Shown piece by piece: positions 8,704 through 18,527 of a DNA stretch of 64,000 bases. The notes under the pieces are model-generated. The model searched no databases, had not been told where the DNA came from, and was given only the letters and a program-made list of their open reading frames with translations. Positions within the stretch are counted from its first letter, which is position 1, and every line of letters starts with the position of its first letter. The stretch is from Thermoleophilia bacterium (GTDB lineage: Bacteria; Actinomycetota; Thermoleophilia; Gaiellales; Gaiellaceae), in contig JAICWC010000001.1 of assembly GCA_025934995.1 (NCBI GenBank), positions 759 to 64,758 on the forward strand, written 5' to 3'. The position numbers were made by a program, and so were the translations under genes.

Positions 8704-9158
8704 CGGCCGGACGCTATCGCGTGGACGCGTGCGTCAGTCAGCCGCACGAGGTCTCTCGGATCGAGCTCGAGCTGCAGTCCGCGCCGGCCGCCGTTGACGA
8801 GGATCGTCTCGAAATCGAGGGCGGAGCTGTCGACGTGGGTCGGCAGCTGCTTCCGCTGGCCGAGTGGGCTCGTGCCGCCGGCGACGTAGCCGGTCGAACG
8901 CCCCGCGTGCTCCTTGTCCGCGAGCTTCGCGCGCTTGCCGAGCGCCTTCACGTCGAGCTGCGACGAGACCGGCACGCACGCGACGTGCAGGTCGCCGTCG
9001 ACCGCGACGACGAGTGTCTTGAAGACGCGCTCGGCCGGCCACGCGAGCTTCTCGACCGCCTCGTCGCCGAACGATCGGGCCGCAGCGTCGTGCTCGTACT
9101 CGTGCAGCCTGTACCGCACGCCCGCGCGCTCGACTGCCGTGATCGCCGGCGTGCTCAT
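8700..9158 (-). CDS. ybaK: Cys-tRNA(Pro) deacylase
   Basis: MSTPAI, VFKTLV, TGYVAGGTSPLGQ, NGGRRGLQLEL. Confidence 0.9.
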   Translation of the reverse strand: MSTPAITAVERAGVRYRLHEYEHDAAARSFGDEAVEKLAWPAERVFKTLVVAVDGDLHVACVPVSSQLDVKALGKRAKLADKEHAGRSTGYVAGGTSPLGQRKQLPTHVDSSALDFETILVNGGRRGLQLELDPRDLVRLTDARVHAIASGR

Positions 9159-9177
9159 GTGGATACGGTACGGCTCC

Positions 9178-10530
9178 GTGACCGACGTGACCATGGACCA
9201 GATCGTCTCGCTCTGCCGCCGCCGGGGCTTCGTCTTCCCGAGCTCGGAGATCTACGGCGGCCTCAGCTCGACGTACGACTACGGCCACTACGGCGTGCTG
9301 ATGAAGAACGAGATCCGCCAGGCCTGGCTGCGCTCGATGGTGCAGGAGCGGGACGACATCGTCGCGCTCGACTCCGCCGTGATCCTCAACCCGGCGGTGT
9401 GGGAGGCGTCGGGCCACGTCGCTGGCTTCACGGACCCGCTCGTCGACTGCCGCACGTGCAAGCTCCGCTTCCGCGCCGACAAGCTCGAGGACTCGCACTG
9501 CGGCAAGCGGCCGTCGAAGAAGCCCGGCGAGGACGCGCAGTGCGACCTCACCGAGGCGCGGCAGTTCAACCTGATGTTCCAGACGCAGGTGGGCGCGATG
9601 GAAGGTGCATCCTCGACCGCGTATCTCCGGCCCGAGACGGCGCAGGGCATCTTCATCAACTTCAAGAACGTCCTCCAGATCGCGCGGCGCAAGCCGCCGT
9701 TCGGGATCGCGCAGACCGGCAAGTCGTTCCGAAACGAGATCACACCGGGCAACTTCCTCTTCCGCGTCCGCGAGTTCGAGCAGATGGAGATGGAGTTCTT
9801 CGTCCCGCCGGCGGATGCGCCGAAGTGGCACGAGTACTGGATCGACCAGCGCCTCAGCTGGCACCTCGGGCTGGGGCTCCGTCGCGAGATGCTGCGCGTG
9901 CGCCCGCACGAGGCGGAGGAGCTCTCGCACTACTCGAGCGCGACGAGTGACATCGAGTACCTCTACCCGATCGGCTGGCAGGAGCTCGAAGGCGTGGCGA
10001 ACCGCGGCGACTACGACCTGACGCAGCATGCGGAAGCGTCCGGGACGAAGCTCGAGTTCGTCGGCCCGGACGGCGAGCGCTACGTCCCGTACGTGGTCGA
10101 GCCCGCGGTCTCGATCGAGCGGATCTTCGTCGCACTGCTGTGCGACGCGTACTACGAGGAGGTCGTCGGCGAGCGCGAGCGCACCGTTCTGCGTCTCTCG
10201 CCACGCGTCGCACCGGTGAAGGCCGCCGTGCTGCCGCTGATCTCGAAAGACGAAGGCATGGCGACCCAGGCAAGGAATTTGTTCGAAGAGCTCCGGAAGC
10301 GCTTCTCGGTGGAGCATGATGACTCGGGCCAGATCGGCAGGCGTTACCGCCGGCAGGACGAAATCGGAACACCATGGGCTTTCACGATCGACGAACAGAC
10401 GCTGGAGGACGAGACGGTCACCGTCAGGGACCGGGACTCGCTCGCGCAGGAGCGCATCCCCATCTCCGGCGTGGCCTCATGGCTCTTGGCTGCGCTGGAG
10501 CGGCCCTGGTCGCCGCCGGTTGCGGCCTGA
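9178..10530 (+). CDS. glyQS: Glycine--tRNA ligase (alpha2 type)
   Basis: LCRRRGFVFPSSEIYGG, YLRPETAQGIF, GKSFRNEITP, REFEQMEMEFF, IGRRYRRQDEIGTP. Start is GTG 9178 or ATG 9193. Confidence 0.95.
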   Translation: MTDVTMDQIVSLCRRRGFVFPSSEIYGGLSSTYDYGHYGVLMKNEIRQAWLRSMVQERDDIVALDSAVILNPAVWEASGHVAGFTDPLVDCRTCKLRFRADKLEDSHCGKRPSKKPGEDAQCDLTEARQFNLMFQTQVGAMEGASSTAYLRPETAQGIFINFKNVLQIARRKPPFGIAQTGKSFRNEITPGNFLFRVREFEQMEMEFFVPPADAPKWHEYWIDQRLSWHLGLGLRREMLRVRPHEAEELSHYSSATSDIEYLYPIGWQELEGVANRGDYDLTQHAEASGTKLEFVGPDGERYVPYVVEPAVSIERIFVALLCDAYYEEVVGERERTVLRLSPRVAPVKAAVLPLISKDEGMATQARNLFEELRKRFSVEHDDSGQIGRRYRRQDEIGTPWAFTIDEQTLEDETVTVRDRDSLAQERIPISGVASWLLAALERPWSPPVAA

Positions 10531-11027
10531 CGAGCTCGGCGAGCAAGACGACGACCGTCACGCAGACGGTGACGCGCACCGTCACCCACACGGTGACGAC
10601 GACGTCGCCGACCGGCGGCGGCGCGTGCTCGGCACACGACCTCACCGGCACGTTCGAAGTGCTGCAGGGAAGCGCGGGGGCCGGCAACATCGTCTACACG
10701 CTGAAGGTGGTCAACGCGTCGCAGAGCGCGTGCACGGTCTCCGGCATCCCGACGATCGACTTCCTCGATTCGAGCGGACAGCCGCTGAAGAAGGCGGTCA
10801 GCCCGAACGGGGCCGGGACTGCCGTCGTCGTGACGTTGCAGCCGGGAGACTCGGCGCGGTCTCAGGTCCGTTTCTCGCCGGACGTCGACCCGTGCGATCC
10901 CGGCACCGCGACCACGCTGCGGTTGACGATGCCGGACAACAGCACGCTCGACGCGAAGATCTCCCCGGCGACGAGGCTCTGCGGCGGCGGCTCGCTGCAG
11001 CCGACGCCGTTCAGCGGCGCCGCCTAA
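10479..11027 (+). CDS. DUF4232-like secreted lipoprotein with Thr-rich linker
   Basis: LVAAGC lipobox, TTTVTQTVTRTVTHTVTTT, then C...GAGNIVYTL...N.SQSACTVSG.P; overlaps the glyQS 3' end by about 52 nt. Confidence 0.7.
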   Translation: MALGCAGAALVAAGCGLTSSASKTTTVTQTVTRTVTHTVTTTSPTGGGACSAHDLTGTFEVLQGSAGAGNIVYTLKVVNASQSACTVSGIPTIDFLDSSGQPLKKAVSPNGAGTAVVVTLQPGDSARSQVRFSPDVDPCDPGTATTLRLTMPDNSTLDAKISPATRLCGGGSLQPTPFSGAA

Positions 11028-11437
11028 CCGCGCTGCATGAGCCGCGGATGCGGCGCGAAGCCGAACTTCTCGTACAACGAGTGTGCGTCGCGGGTGTGCA
11101 AGACCCAGGTGCGGCCTGCGAGTGGCCCGTTCTCCACGATCTCGCGCACGAGCTCGATGCCGAGCCCTCGGCCGCGGTGCTCGTCGAGCACGTACACGTC
11201 GGCGAGGTAGACGAAGCCCGCGGCGTCGCAGTCGACCGCACGCGCGAAGCCGACCTGTTCGGCACCCTCGTAGAGGCCGACGACATGCGCGCTCGCGTCG
11301 ATCAGCTCGTCCTGCCGCCGGCGCGTCCGCCCCTGCGCCCAGTACGAGACGCCGCCGATATAGGCGTGGATCGCCGCGCGGTCGAGCCGCGCCCGATCGT
11401 CGTCCAGCTCGTAGCCGTTTTCGAGCGTCCGTTTCAC
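11024..11437 (-). CDS. GNAT family N-acetyltransferase
   Basis: SYWAQGR, QVGFARAV, YLADVYVLDEHRGRGLG, DAHSLYEKFGF. Confidence 0.88.
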   Translation of the reverse strand: MKRTLENGYELDDDRARLDRAAIHAYIGGVSYWAQGRTRRRQDELIDASAHVVGLYEGAEQVGFARAVDCDAAGFVYLADVYVLDEHRGRGLGIELVREIVENGPLAGRTWVLHTRDAHSLYEKFGFAPHPRLMQRG

Positions 11438-11443
11438 GGGAAC
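11417..11443 (+). promoter_or_regulatory. SigB/SigF-like promoter (GTTT-N17-GGGAAC)
   Basis: GTTT 11417-11420, 17-nt spacer, GGGAAC 11438-11443, 9 nt before ATG 11453. Confidence 0.4.
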
Positions 11444-11452
11444 AAGCCTGCC

Positions 11453-11851
11453 ATGCCGGAGCGCGAGGTCGGTGTCGAAGAGGTCAAGGCATTCAAGACG
11501 CAGTCCGGGAACACCCGGTTCGTGCTGCGGGCCGACGACGGCAGCGAGTACACGACCTTCAAGGAGGCGATCGCCCGCGACGCCGTCGGGGCGGAGGGCA
11601 AGCGCGCCCGCATCGGGTTCCACGAGCAGGAGCGCAACGGGTTCACGAACGTCTACCTCGACAAGGTCGAGGTGCTGGACGAGCCGGAGGGCGACCCGAA
11701 CATCGAGGAGGTCGCCTGGAAGACGGCGGTCGACGCGGCGCCGTGGCTCCTCGGCGACGCGCCGAAGGGCGGCATCGACGCAGACGAGGCGTTCGAGAAG
11801 CTGCAGCCGTTCAAGGAGCGGGTCGCGGAGGACATCCGCGACGACGGCTAG
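11453..11851 (+). CDS. Hypothetical protein (beta-rich N-terminal half, possibly OB-like)
   Basis: MPEREVGVEEVKAFKTQSGNTRFVLRADDGSEYTTFK...GFTNVYLDKVE; typical codon usage; shares a CTAG stop overlap with recO. Confidence 0.75.
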   Translation: MPEREVGVEEVKAFKTQSGNTRFVLRADDGSEYTTFKEAIARDAVGAEGKRARIGFHEQERNGFTNVYLDKVEVLDEPEGDPNIEEVAWKTAVDAAPWLLGDAPKGGIDADEAFEKLQPFKERVAEDIRDDG

Positions 11852-12597
11852 GCGGAGAGCGTACGCAGGCGGAAGCCGCCGTGGTACTCGTAGCTCGCCG
11901 TGACGACGCGCAGCGCGTCGCGTGAGGCGCGCTCGTCGAGCCCGAGCCCGACGGCGTCCGCGAGCGGGCTCGCAAGCAGCGCCTCGATCCCCCGGATCCC
12001 GTCCCCGCTCAGGGCAAGCGCCTCCGCCTCGTTGGCGCAGCCGCCGCAGACCGCGCCGCCGGCGCGCGGCGAGTAGCCGACGAGCGTCGCATCCTCCGCC
12101 CCGCACTCCGCGCAGCTCGTCAGGTGCGGCAGATAGCCCGAGAGCCAGAGCAGCTTCAACTGGAACGAGAGCGCGAGCGGATCGAGCGCCGGCCGCTCCG
12201 CCGCATGCGGTGTCGTGTCGAGCGCCTCGAGGAAGCGCGTCAACGCGAGAAACGCGCGCTCGTTCGCCTCCTGCTCGCTGAAGAGGCGCAGCATCGCCTC
12301 GGCGCCGATCAACCCGACGCTCAGACGGTAGTAGTCCTCGCGCGCGTGGTGGTGGGCATCGAGCAGGTGGACGCCGGTGATCGTCTGCAGATCGCTCTGG
12401 CCCTGGTGGAGAAGCAGCTCGACATGGCTCAACGGCTCGAGCCGGGCGCCGAAGCGGGACTTCGTCTTCCGGACGCCCTTCGCGACGGCGCCGACCCGGC
12501 CGCGGTCGAGCGTGTAGATGTGGAGGACGCGGTCGGCCTCGCCGAGCCGCATCGACCGCAGGACGACCGCCTCGGTCTTGACCGTGCGGGAAGCCAT
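11848..12597 (-). CDS. recO: DNA repair protein RecO
   Basis: EAVVLRSMRLGEADR, AVAKGVRKTKSRFGARLEP, CxxC...CxxC zinc site. Confidence 0.95.
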   Translation of the reverse strand: MASRTVKTEAVVLRSMRLGEADRVLHIYTLDRGRVGAVAKGVRKTKSRFGARLEPLSHVELLLHQGQSDLQTITGVHLLDAHHHAREDYYRLSVGLIGAEAMLRLFSEQEANERAFLALTRFLEALDTTPHAAERPALDPLALSFQLKLLWLSGYLPHLTSCAECGAEDATLVGYSPRAGGAVCGGCANEAEALALSGDGIRGIEALLASPLADAVGLGLDERASRDALRVVTASYEYHGGFRLRTLSA

Positions 12598-12618
12598 GTC
12601 TGAGCCAGTCTAGGCCCG

Positions 12619-12644
12619 GGAACGGATCCCGCCCTTTCGTCGTT
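12619..12644 (+). promoter_or_regulatory. ECF sigma (SigR/SigH-type) promoter
   Basis: GGAAC-N17-CGTT, 10 nt upstream of the glutaredoxin ATG. Confidence 0.6.
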
Positions 12645-12654
12645 GTAACGAAGG

Positions 12655-12909
12655 ATGGCCCGGATTCAGATGTATACGACGCGCTGGTGCGGGTACTGCG
12701 TCCGCGCGAAGACGCTGCTCGACTCGAAGGGGCTCCCGTATGAGGAGATCCATCTCGACGACGACGAGCACTTCCGTCAGACGGTGCACGATCTCACCGG
12801 CGGCTGGACGGTTCCCCAGATCCTGATCGACGGCAGGCCGATCGGCGGCTACACGGAGCTCTGGCGCCTCGACCGCGACGGCCGGCTCGACGAGCTCCTC
12901 GCGGCCTGA
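12655..12909 (+). CDS. Glutaredoxin
   Basis: WCGYC active site, TVPQI, IGGY. Confidence 0.92.
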   Translation: MARIQMYTTRWCGYCVRAKTLLDSKGLPYEEIHLDDDEHFRQTVHDLTGGWTVPQILIDGRPIGGYTELWRLDRDGRLDELLAA

Positions 12910-13709
12910 GCCCGCTGACATTCCGGGCAGAACCACGTGCCGCGCCCGCCGACACGTGTCTTTGCGATCGGCGTGCCGCAACGGTCGCACGGCTCGTCGG
13001 CGCGCCCGTAGACCTTGAATTCCTTCTGCATCCGGCCGCCTCGGTAGACGCCGTCGCCGAGGTCGGCGCCCTGTCGTGCGATGCCTCGCTCGAGCGCACG
13101 CCTGATCGCGCGGTGCAGGCGGCGTACCTCGTCCCGCTCGAGCGACTCGGCCGGCCGCAACGGATGGATGCGCGCCCACCAGAGCGCCTCGTCGGTGTAG
13201 ATGTTGCCGAGGCCCGCGAGGGTGCGCTGGTCGAGCAGTGCGGCTTTGATCGGCGCACGCCGCTTCTCCAATCGATCGGAAAGATGCGCGACGGTGAAGA
13301 GCGCGTCGAACGGCTCCTCGCCGACCTTGGCGTCGAGATACGACTGCACTTCGTCCGGCTCGAGGAGGAGCCAGGTGCCGAAGCGGCGCACGTCGCGATA
13401 CGAGACGCGCCGCTTGTCGTCGAGGGTGACGATCGCACGCTCGTGCGAGGTCTCCTCGTCGACGTGGAAGCCGCCCGTCATGCGCAGGTGGACGAGCAAC
13501 GCGCGGCCGGACTCGAAGCGGAGGATGAGGTACTTGCCGCGCCGGTCGACCTGCGCGACGCGCTCGCCCTGCAGCTCGGCGGCGACGTGCACCGGGTCGT
13601 ACGGCCGCGTCAGCCTGCCGTCGTCGATGCGAACGCGAGCCAGCTTCCGTCCGGTGAGGACGGGCTCGAGCAGGCGACGCACGGTCTCGACTTCCGGCAG
13701 CTCAGGCAA
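12849..13709 (-). CDS. mutM: Formamidopyrimidine-DNA glycosylase
   Basis: TTG start giving (M)PELPEVET; RRGKY, HLRMTG, GLGNIYTDE, C-terminal CxxC...CxxC zinc finger. Confidence 0.95.
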   Translation of the reverse strand: MPELPEVETVRRLLEPVLTGRKLARVRIDDGRLTRPYDPVHVAAELQGERVAQVDRRGKYLILRFESGRALLVHLRMTGGFHVDEETSHERAIVTLDDKRRVSYRDVRRFGTWLLLEPDEVQSYLDAKVGEEPFDALFTVAHLSDRLEKRRAPIKAALLDQRTLAGLGNIYTDEALWWARIHPLRPAESLERDEVRRLHRAIRRALERGIARQGADLGDGVYRGGRMQKEFKVYGRADEPCDRCGTPIAKTRVGGRGTWFCPECQRAQAARSSSSRPSRSRRQSSV

Positions 13710-15003
13710 GCGTGTCGAGGACGATAGGCCGAGCCCGCGGCTCCTCGTCGCCGAGCCGATACGCGGCGAGCACGTCGGCGGCCGCCTGCTCCGCGCTCGT
13801 CTCGTCGCGCGCATGGATCTCCGCCAGAGGCTCGCCGTCGCCGACTGCATCGCCGCGCTTCTTCAGGCACACGACGCCGACGCTGTGGTCGATCGCGTCG
13901 TCCTTCGCGCGCCGGCCGCCGCCGAGATGGACGGCGGCGAGCCCGACCGGCAGGGCTGCGAGCTCTTGGACATAGCCGCCCCGTTGCGCGAACACCTCGC
14001 GGATCAGCGGCGCCTTCGGCAGCGCGGCGAGATCCGGGTCACCGCCCTGCGCACGCACCCACCGCTCGTACGCGTCGAACGCGGAGCCGTCGGCCACCGC
14101 CGCTTCCGCGCGGCGGCGCCCCTCCTCCTCCGTGATCTCGAGGTCCGACAGCGCGAGCAGGTGTGCGCACGAGTCGAGGACGAGCTCCGTGAAGTCGTCC
14201 GGTCCTTCGCCACGGACCGTGGCCGCCGCCTCGCGCACCTCGAGCGCATTGCCGACGGCACGGCCGAGCGGCTGCTCCATGTCGGTGAGCACGGCGACGA
14301 CCTCGCGCCCGGCGCGCCGTCCGAGCGAGATCATCGTCTCCGCGAGGACGCGTGCGTCGGCGAGCGACTTCATGAACGCGCCGTCGCCGACCTTCACGTC
14401 CAACACGATCGCGTCTGCGCCCGCGGCGATCTTCTTCGACATGATCGACGCCGCGATCAGCGAGACGTTGTCGACGGTCGCGGTGACGTCACGGAGGCCG
14501 TAGAGGAGCTTGTCCGCGGGCACGAGATCCGCCGTCTGCCCGATGATCGCAAGCCCCGTCTCTCGGAGCTGCGCGACGAACTCGTCCAGGGTCAACTCGA
14601 CGCGGAAGCCGGGGATCGCTTCGAGCTTGTCGAGCGTCCCCCCGGTGTGTCCGAGCCCGCGGCCGCTCATCTTCCCGAACGGCACGCCGCACGCTGCGAC
14701 GATCGGGCCGACCGCGAGCGTCGTCTTGTCGCCGACGCCGCCCGTCGAGTGCTTGTCGACGACCTTCCGACCCAGGGCTTCGCCCAGCGCGATCGACGCT
14801 CCGCTGCGCACCATCGCATCGGTGAGCGCAAACGTCTCCGCACTCGAGAGCCCCTGGAAGTAGACGGCCATGCAGAACGCAGCCAGCTGGTAGTCCGGCA
14901 CCTCGCCGCGCGCGTACGCGAGGATCAGCTCGGTCAGCTGGGCCGCGTCGAGCTCCTTGCCGTCCCGCTTGGCCTGGATCAGCTCGGCGGCGCGGATCGT
15001 CAC
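13702..15003 (-). CDS. pdp: Pyrimidine-nucleoside (thymidine) phosphorylase
   Basis: DKHSTGGVGDK, KMSGRGLGHTGGTLDKLE, SIMSKKIAAG; GTGA overlap with deoB. Confidence 0.93.
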   Translation of the reverse strand: MTIRAAELIQAKRDGKELDAAQLTELILAYARGEVPDYQLAAFCMAVYFQGLSSAETFALTDAMVRSGASIALGEALGRKVVDKHSTGGVGDKTTLAVGPIVAACGVPFGKMSGRGLGHTGGTLDKLEAIPGFRVELTLDEFVAQLRETGLAIIGQTADLVPADKLLYGLRDVTATVDNVSLIAASIMSKKIAAGADAIVLDVKVGDGAFMKSLADARVLAETMISLGRRAGREVVAVLTDMEQPLGRAVGNALEVREAAATVRGEGPDDFTELVLDSCAHLLALSDLEITEEEGRRRAEAAVADGSAFDAYERWVRAQGGDPDLAALPKAPLIREVFAQRGGYVQELAALPVGLAAVHLGGGRRAKDDAIDHSVGVVCLKKRGDAVGDGEPLAEIHARDETSAEQAAADVLAAYRLGDEEPRARPIVLDTLA

Positions 15004-16166
15004 GGGGTCAGGATCGGCTGTCCCGGGATGCCGCGCGTCGGGGCTTTCCCGCCGAGCCATGCGCTCACGGTCGCGCCGACGTCGGCGAACTCGCCCTCGT
15101 AGATCCGCCCTGCAGCGTTCCGCCCCTCGACGTACACCATCAGCATCGCGTGCTCGCGCGAGTGGTCGGTCGACGGCGTCGTCGGGTCACAGCCGTGGTC
15201 GGAGGTGACGACGAGCAGATCGCCGGGCCGGAGCGCATCGAGCAGATCGGGGAGGCGGCGGTCGAAGTCCTGGAGGCAGCGGTGGAAGTTGATCGGATCG
15301 TTGCGGTGACCCCAGAGCATGTCGGTCTCGACGAGATTGGTGAAGATGAATCCCTCGTCGAGCTCGCGTAACAGTCGTTCGGTCTCCTGGATGCCTTCGT
15401 TGTTCGATTTCGTCGGATGGGACTCGTCGATGTCGCAGCCGGCGAAGATGTCGAAGATCTTCCCGACGCCGTGCACAGTGACGCCGGCGTCGCGGATCAA
15501 CGAGAGATAGTTCGGCCGCTTCGGCTCGAGCGAGAAGTCGTGGCGGTTCGACGTCCGTTCGTACGCGCCGGGCTTGCCCCTGAAGGGGCGGGCGATCACA
15601 CGTCCGACCGCGTGCTTGCCCGTCAGGATCTCCCGGGCGGTGCGACACGCGTCGTACAGCTCCTCGAGCGGCACGGTCTCCTCGTGCGCGGCGATCTGGA
15701 AGACCGAGTCGGCGGACGTGTAGACGATCCACTTCCCGCTCCGCTGATGCTCTTCGCCGAGCTCCTGGATGATCTCCGTCCCCGACGCCGGCTTGTTGCC
15801 GAGGACGCCGCGTGCGGTGCGATGCATGAACGGATCGATGACGTCGTGCGGGAAGCCGTGCGGATACGTCGGGAACGCCTGCGCAGTGAGGACGCCCATC
15901 AGCTCCCAGTGGCCGGTCGTCGTGTCCTTGCCCTTCGAGTGCTCGACGAGCCGTCCGGCGATCGCCGGCGCGCCCGGCTGCGGCCGACACCCTTCGAGGG
16001 CCTCGACGTTGCCGAGGCCGAGGGCCTCCATCGTCGGCAGATCGAGGCCGCCGACCGCCTTCGCGACGTTGCCGAGGGTGTCCGAGCCGACGTCGCCGTA
16101 CTCGTCGGCGTCGGGGAGCGCGCCCGCCCCCACCGCATCGAGCACGATCACGCAGGCCCTGGGCAT
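15000..16166 (-). CDS. deoB: Phosphopentomutase
   Basis: IVLDAVGAG, GKDTTTGHWE, YTSADSV, WGHRND, TSDHGCDP, DHSRE. Confidence 0.95.
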   Translation of the reverse strand: MPRACVIVLDAVGAGALPDADEYGDVGSDTLGNVAKAVGGLDLPTMEALGLGNVEALEGCRPQPGAPAIAGRLVEHSKGKDTTTGHWELMGVLTAQAFPTYPHGFPHDVIDPFMHRTARGVLGNKPASGTEIIQELGEEHQRSGKWIVYTSADSVFQIAAHEETVPLEELYDACRTAREILTGKHAVGRVIARPFRGKPGAYERTSNRHDFSLEPKRPNYLSLIRDAGVTVHGVGKIFDIFAGCDIDESHPTKSNNEGIQETERLLRELDEGFIFTNLVETDMLWGHRNDPINFHRCLQDFDRRLPDLLDALRPGDLLVVTSDHGCDPTTPSTDHSREHAMLMVYVEGRNAAGRIYEGEFADVGATVSAWLGGKAPTRGIPGQPILTP

Positions 16167-16185
16167 CGGGCTATTCTAGGTTCGG

Positions 16186-16314
16186 ATGTCGAACGTTCTC
16201 GGAGTCCTCGCGTTCATCGTGTTCATCGCGGTGGTGATCGGTGCGGCCGCAGGGATCACCTGGGTCGTCGTCAAGCTGTCGCCGCCGAAGCAGCAGCAGC
16301 CGCCCGCGTCGTAG
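16186..16314 (+). CDS. Small single-pass membrane protein (42 aa)
   Basis: Not in the ORF track. MSNVLGVLAFIVFIAVVIGAAAGITWVVVKLSPPKQQQPPAS; fills the gap divergent from deoB; GC3-rich. Confidence 0.7.
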   Translation: MSNVLGVLAFIVFIAVVIGAAAGITWVVVKLSPPKQQQPPAS

Positions 16315-16346
16315 CGGCGCACGCGCAACTCGCGCACCCTGAACCG

Positions 16347-16970
16347 ATGTCTCGCGTCCGGGCCCACAACTTCTCGATCTCGCTCGACGGGTTCGCTACC
16401 GGCGAGGGCCTCTCGTTGGACGAGCCGTTCGGCCACGCCGGGCATCGGCTCCACCAGTGGATGTTCGCGACCCGGTTCTGGGGCCCGGCCGGGACTACCG
16501 GCGTCGACAACGCCTTCGCCCAGCTCTTCGAGCGCGGCATCGGGGCGGAGATCATGGGCGCCGGCAAGTTCGGACCTCCGGGTTGGCAGGACGACGCGGA
16601 GTGGCGCGGCTGGTGGGGGCCGGATCCGCCGTTCCACACGCCGACCTACGTGCTGACGCATCGGCCGCGGCCGCCGCTCGAGATGGAGGGCGGCACGACC
16701 TTTCATTTCCTCGACGCCCCTCCGGTGGACGCACTTGCCGTTGCGCGCGAGGCGGCGGGCGATCTGGACGTCCGGATCGGCGGCGGTCCGACGTTGCTGC
16801 GCGAGTTCCTCGCCGCCGGCCTCGTCGACCACCTGCACGTCGTGCAGGTCCCGATCCTGCTCGGCCGCGGCGTGCGGCTGTGGGACGGCCTCGAGGCGCT
16901 CGAGGAGCAGTACGACGTGGAGGCCGTGTCGACGCCGAGCGGCGTCACCCACCTCACCTTCACACGGTGA
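16347..16970 (+). CDS. Dihydrofolate reductase family protein (RibD C-terminal-like)
   Basis: SISLDGF, IMGAGKF, PPFHTPTYVLTH, VRIGGG, VPILLGRG. Confidence 0.87.
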   Translation: MSRVRAHNFSISLDGFATGEGLSLDEPFGHAGHRLHQWMFATRFWGPAGTTGVDNAFAQLFERGIGAEIMGAGKFGPPGWQDDAEWRGWWGPDPPFHTPTYVLTHRPRPPLEMEGGTTFHFLDAPPVDALAVAREAAGDLDVRIGGGPTLLREFLAAGLVDHLHVVQVPILLGRGVRLWDGLEALEEQYDVEAVSTPSGVTHLTFTR

Positions 16971-16986
16971 GGGCGCCGGCGCGGCG

Positions 16987-18102
16987 CTAGGCCGGAAGCA
17001 GTTCGCGAAGCGGCGTGTAGTCGAGGTCGTGCGCCTCGGCCACCGGCTCGTACGTGATCCTGCCTTCGAGCACGTTGACGCCCTTTGCGAGCGCCTTGTC
17101 GCGCGCCACAGCGTCGGCGAGCCCGTGCTCTGCGATCGCCTCGACGTACGGAAGCGTCGCGTTCGTCAGCGCCTTCGTGGACGTGATCGGCACGCCGCCG
17201 GGCATGTTCGCCACGCAGTAATGGAGCACGCCGTCGACCTCGTACACCGGGTCGCTGTGCGTGGTCGCATGCGCGGTTTCGACGCAGCCGCCCTGGTCGA
17301 TGGCGACGTCGACGATCACGGCGCCGTTCTTCATCGCGCCGAGCATGTCCCGCGTGACGAGCTTCGGTGCGCGAGCACCCGGAACGAGCACCGCGCCGAT
17401 CACGAGATCGGCGTCGCCGATCATCGACTCGATCTGGAGCGTCGTCGACATGACGGTGCTGACGCGGCCCGAGAGGATCTCGTCGAGATAGCGCATGCGG
17501 TCGATCGACTTGTCCAGGATGGTCACCTGGGCGCCCAGGCCGATCGCGATGACCGCCGCGTTGTAGCCCACGACGCCGCCGCCGAGCACCAGCACTTTCC
17601 CCGGCTGGACGCCGGGCACGCCGCCGAGCAGCAGCCCGCGGCCCCCGAGGGGCTTTTCGAGGAAGTACGCACCCGCCTGGGCGGCGAGCCGTCCGGCGAT
17701 CTCGCTCATCGGCGCGAGCAGCGGCAGACGGCGATCGTCCGTCTCGACCGTCTCGTAGGCGACCGCCTTGATCCCGCTGTCGACGAGCGCGCGCGTGAGC
17801 GGCTCGTCCGCGGCGATGTGCAGGTACGTGAAGAGGACGAGCCCCTCGCGGAGCCGGGAATACTCGGCCTCGATCGGCTCCTTCACCTTGAGCAGCAGCT
17901 CGGCGCTCGACCAGACGTCGTCGACCGACGCAATCGTCGCTCCGGCGCGCTCGTAGTCGGCGTCGGACATCGCGCTGCCGTCGCCCGCGCTCGTCTCGAC
18001 CAACACGTCGTGCCCGCGCTGGACGAGCTCGCGCGCGCCGGCGGGCGTCAGCGCCACCCGGTATTCGTCGGTCTTGATCTCCTTGGCGACGCCGATCCGC
18101 AC
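16987..18102 (-). CDS. ald: Alanine dehydrogenase
   Basis: [49 protein letters not shown]. Start is GTG 18102 (alternative TTG 18114). Confidence 0.95.
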   Translation of the reverse strand: MRIGVAKEIKTDEYRVALTPAGARELVQRGHDVLVETSAGDGSAMSDADYERAGATIASVDDVWSSAELLLKVKEPIEAEYSRLREGLVLFTYLHIAADEPLTRALVDSGIKAVAYETVETDDRRLPLLAPMSEIAGRLAAQAGAYFLEKPLGGRGLLLGGVPGVQPGKVLVLGGGVVGYNAAVIAIGLGAQVTILDKSIDRMRYLDEILSGRVSTVMSTTLQIESMIGDADLVIGAVLVPGARAPKLVTRDMLGAMKNGAVIVDVAIDQGGCVETAHATTHSDPVYEVDGVLHYCVANMPGGVPITSTKALTNATLPYVEAIAEHGLADAVARDKALAKGVNVLEGRITYEPVAEAHDLDYTPLRELLPA

Positions 18103-18122
18103 GGCGCGGGACAATACCTCTA

Positions 18123-18527
18123 ATGACCCTGCTCGTCGCAGCGGTGATCGCGCTCGCCCCGCTTCCGGGCGTCGTCACGCCGACCGGGAACATCCACTGC
18201 TTCTACATGCCGGCGAAGCCTGCCCACCTGCTCTGCGACATCCACCGGGCGGCCTACGCGTCGCGCGAGCAGGCGCGGTGCGGCACACGTGCGGGCCTCG
18301 ATTGGCACGGCTGGGAGGTCGACGCGCGGAGGCCGGCGACGACGGTCTGCTCCGGCGGCATCCTCTACAACTCGAACGCGGACGAACCCGTGTACCGTCG
18401 ACTCGCCTACGGACGCGCCTGGCGCTTTGCCGCCTTCACGTGCGTGTCGCGCCGGAGCGGCCTGACCTGCCGGACGTCGAGCGGTCACGGCCTCTTCGTG
18501 TCGTTCGCCTCCTGGAGGGCCTGGTAG
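18123..18527 (+). CDS. Small secreted Cys-containing protein (DUF6636-like)
   Basis: Hydrophobic N-terminus; TPTGNIHC, LxYGRAW...FTCVS...GLTC...GHG. Confidence 0.65.
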   Translation: MTLLVAAVIALAPLPGVVTPTGNIHCFYMPAKPAHLLCDIHRAAYASREQARCGTRAGLDWHGWEVDARRPATTVCSGGILYNSNADEPVYRRLAYGRAWRFAAFTCVSRRSGLTCRTSSGHGLFVSFASWRAW

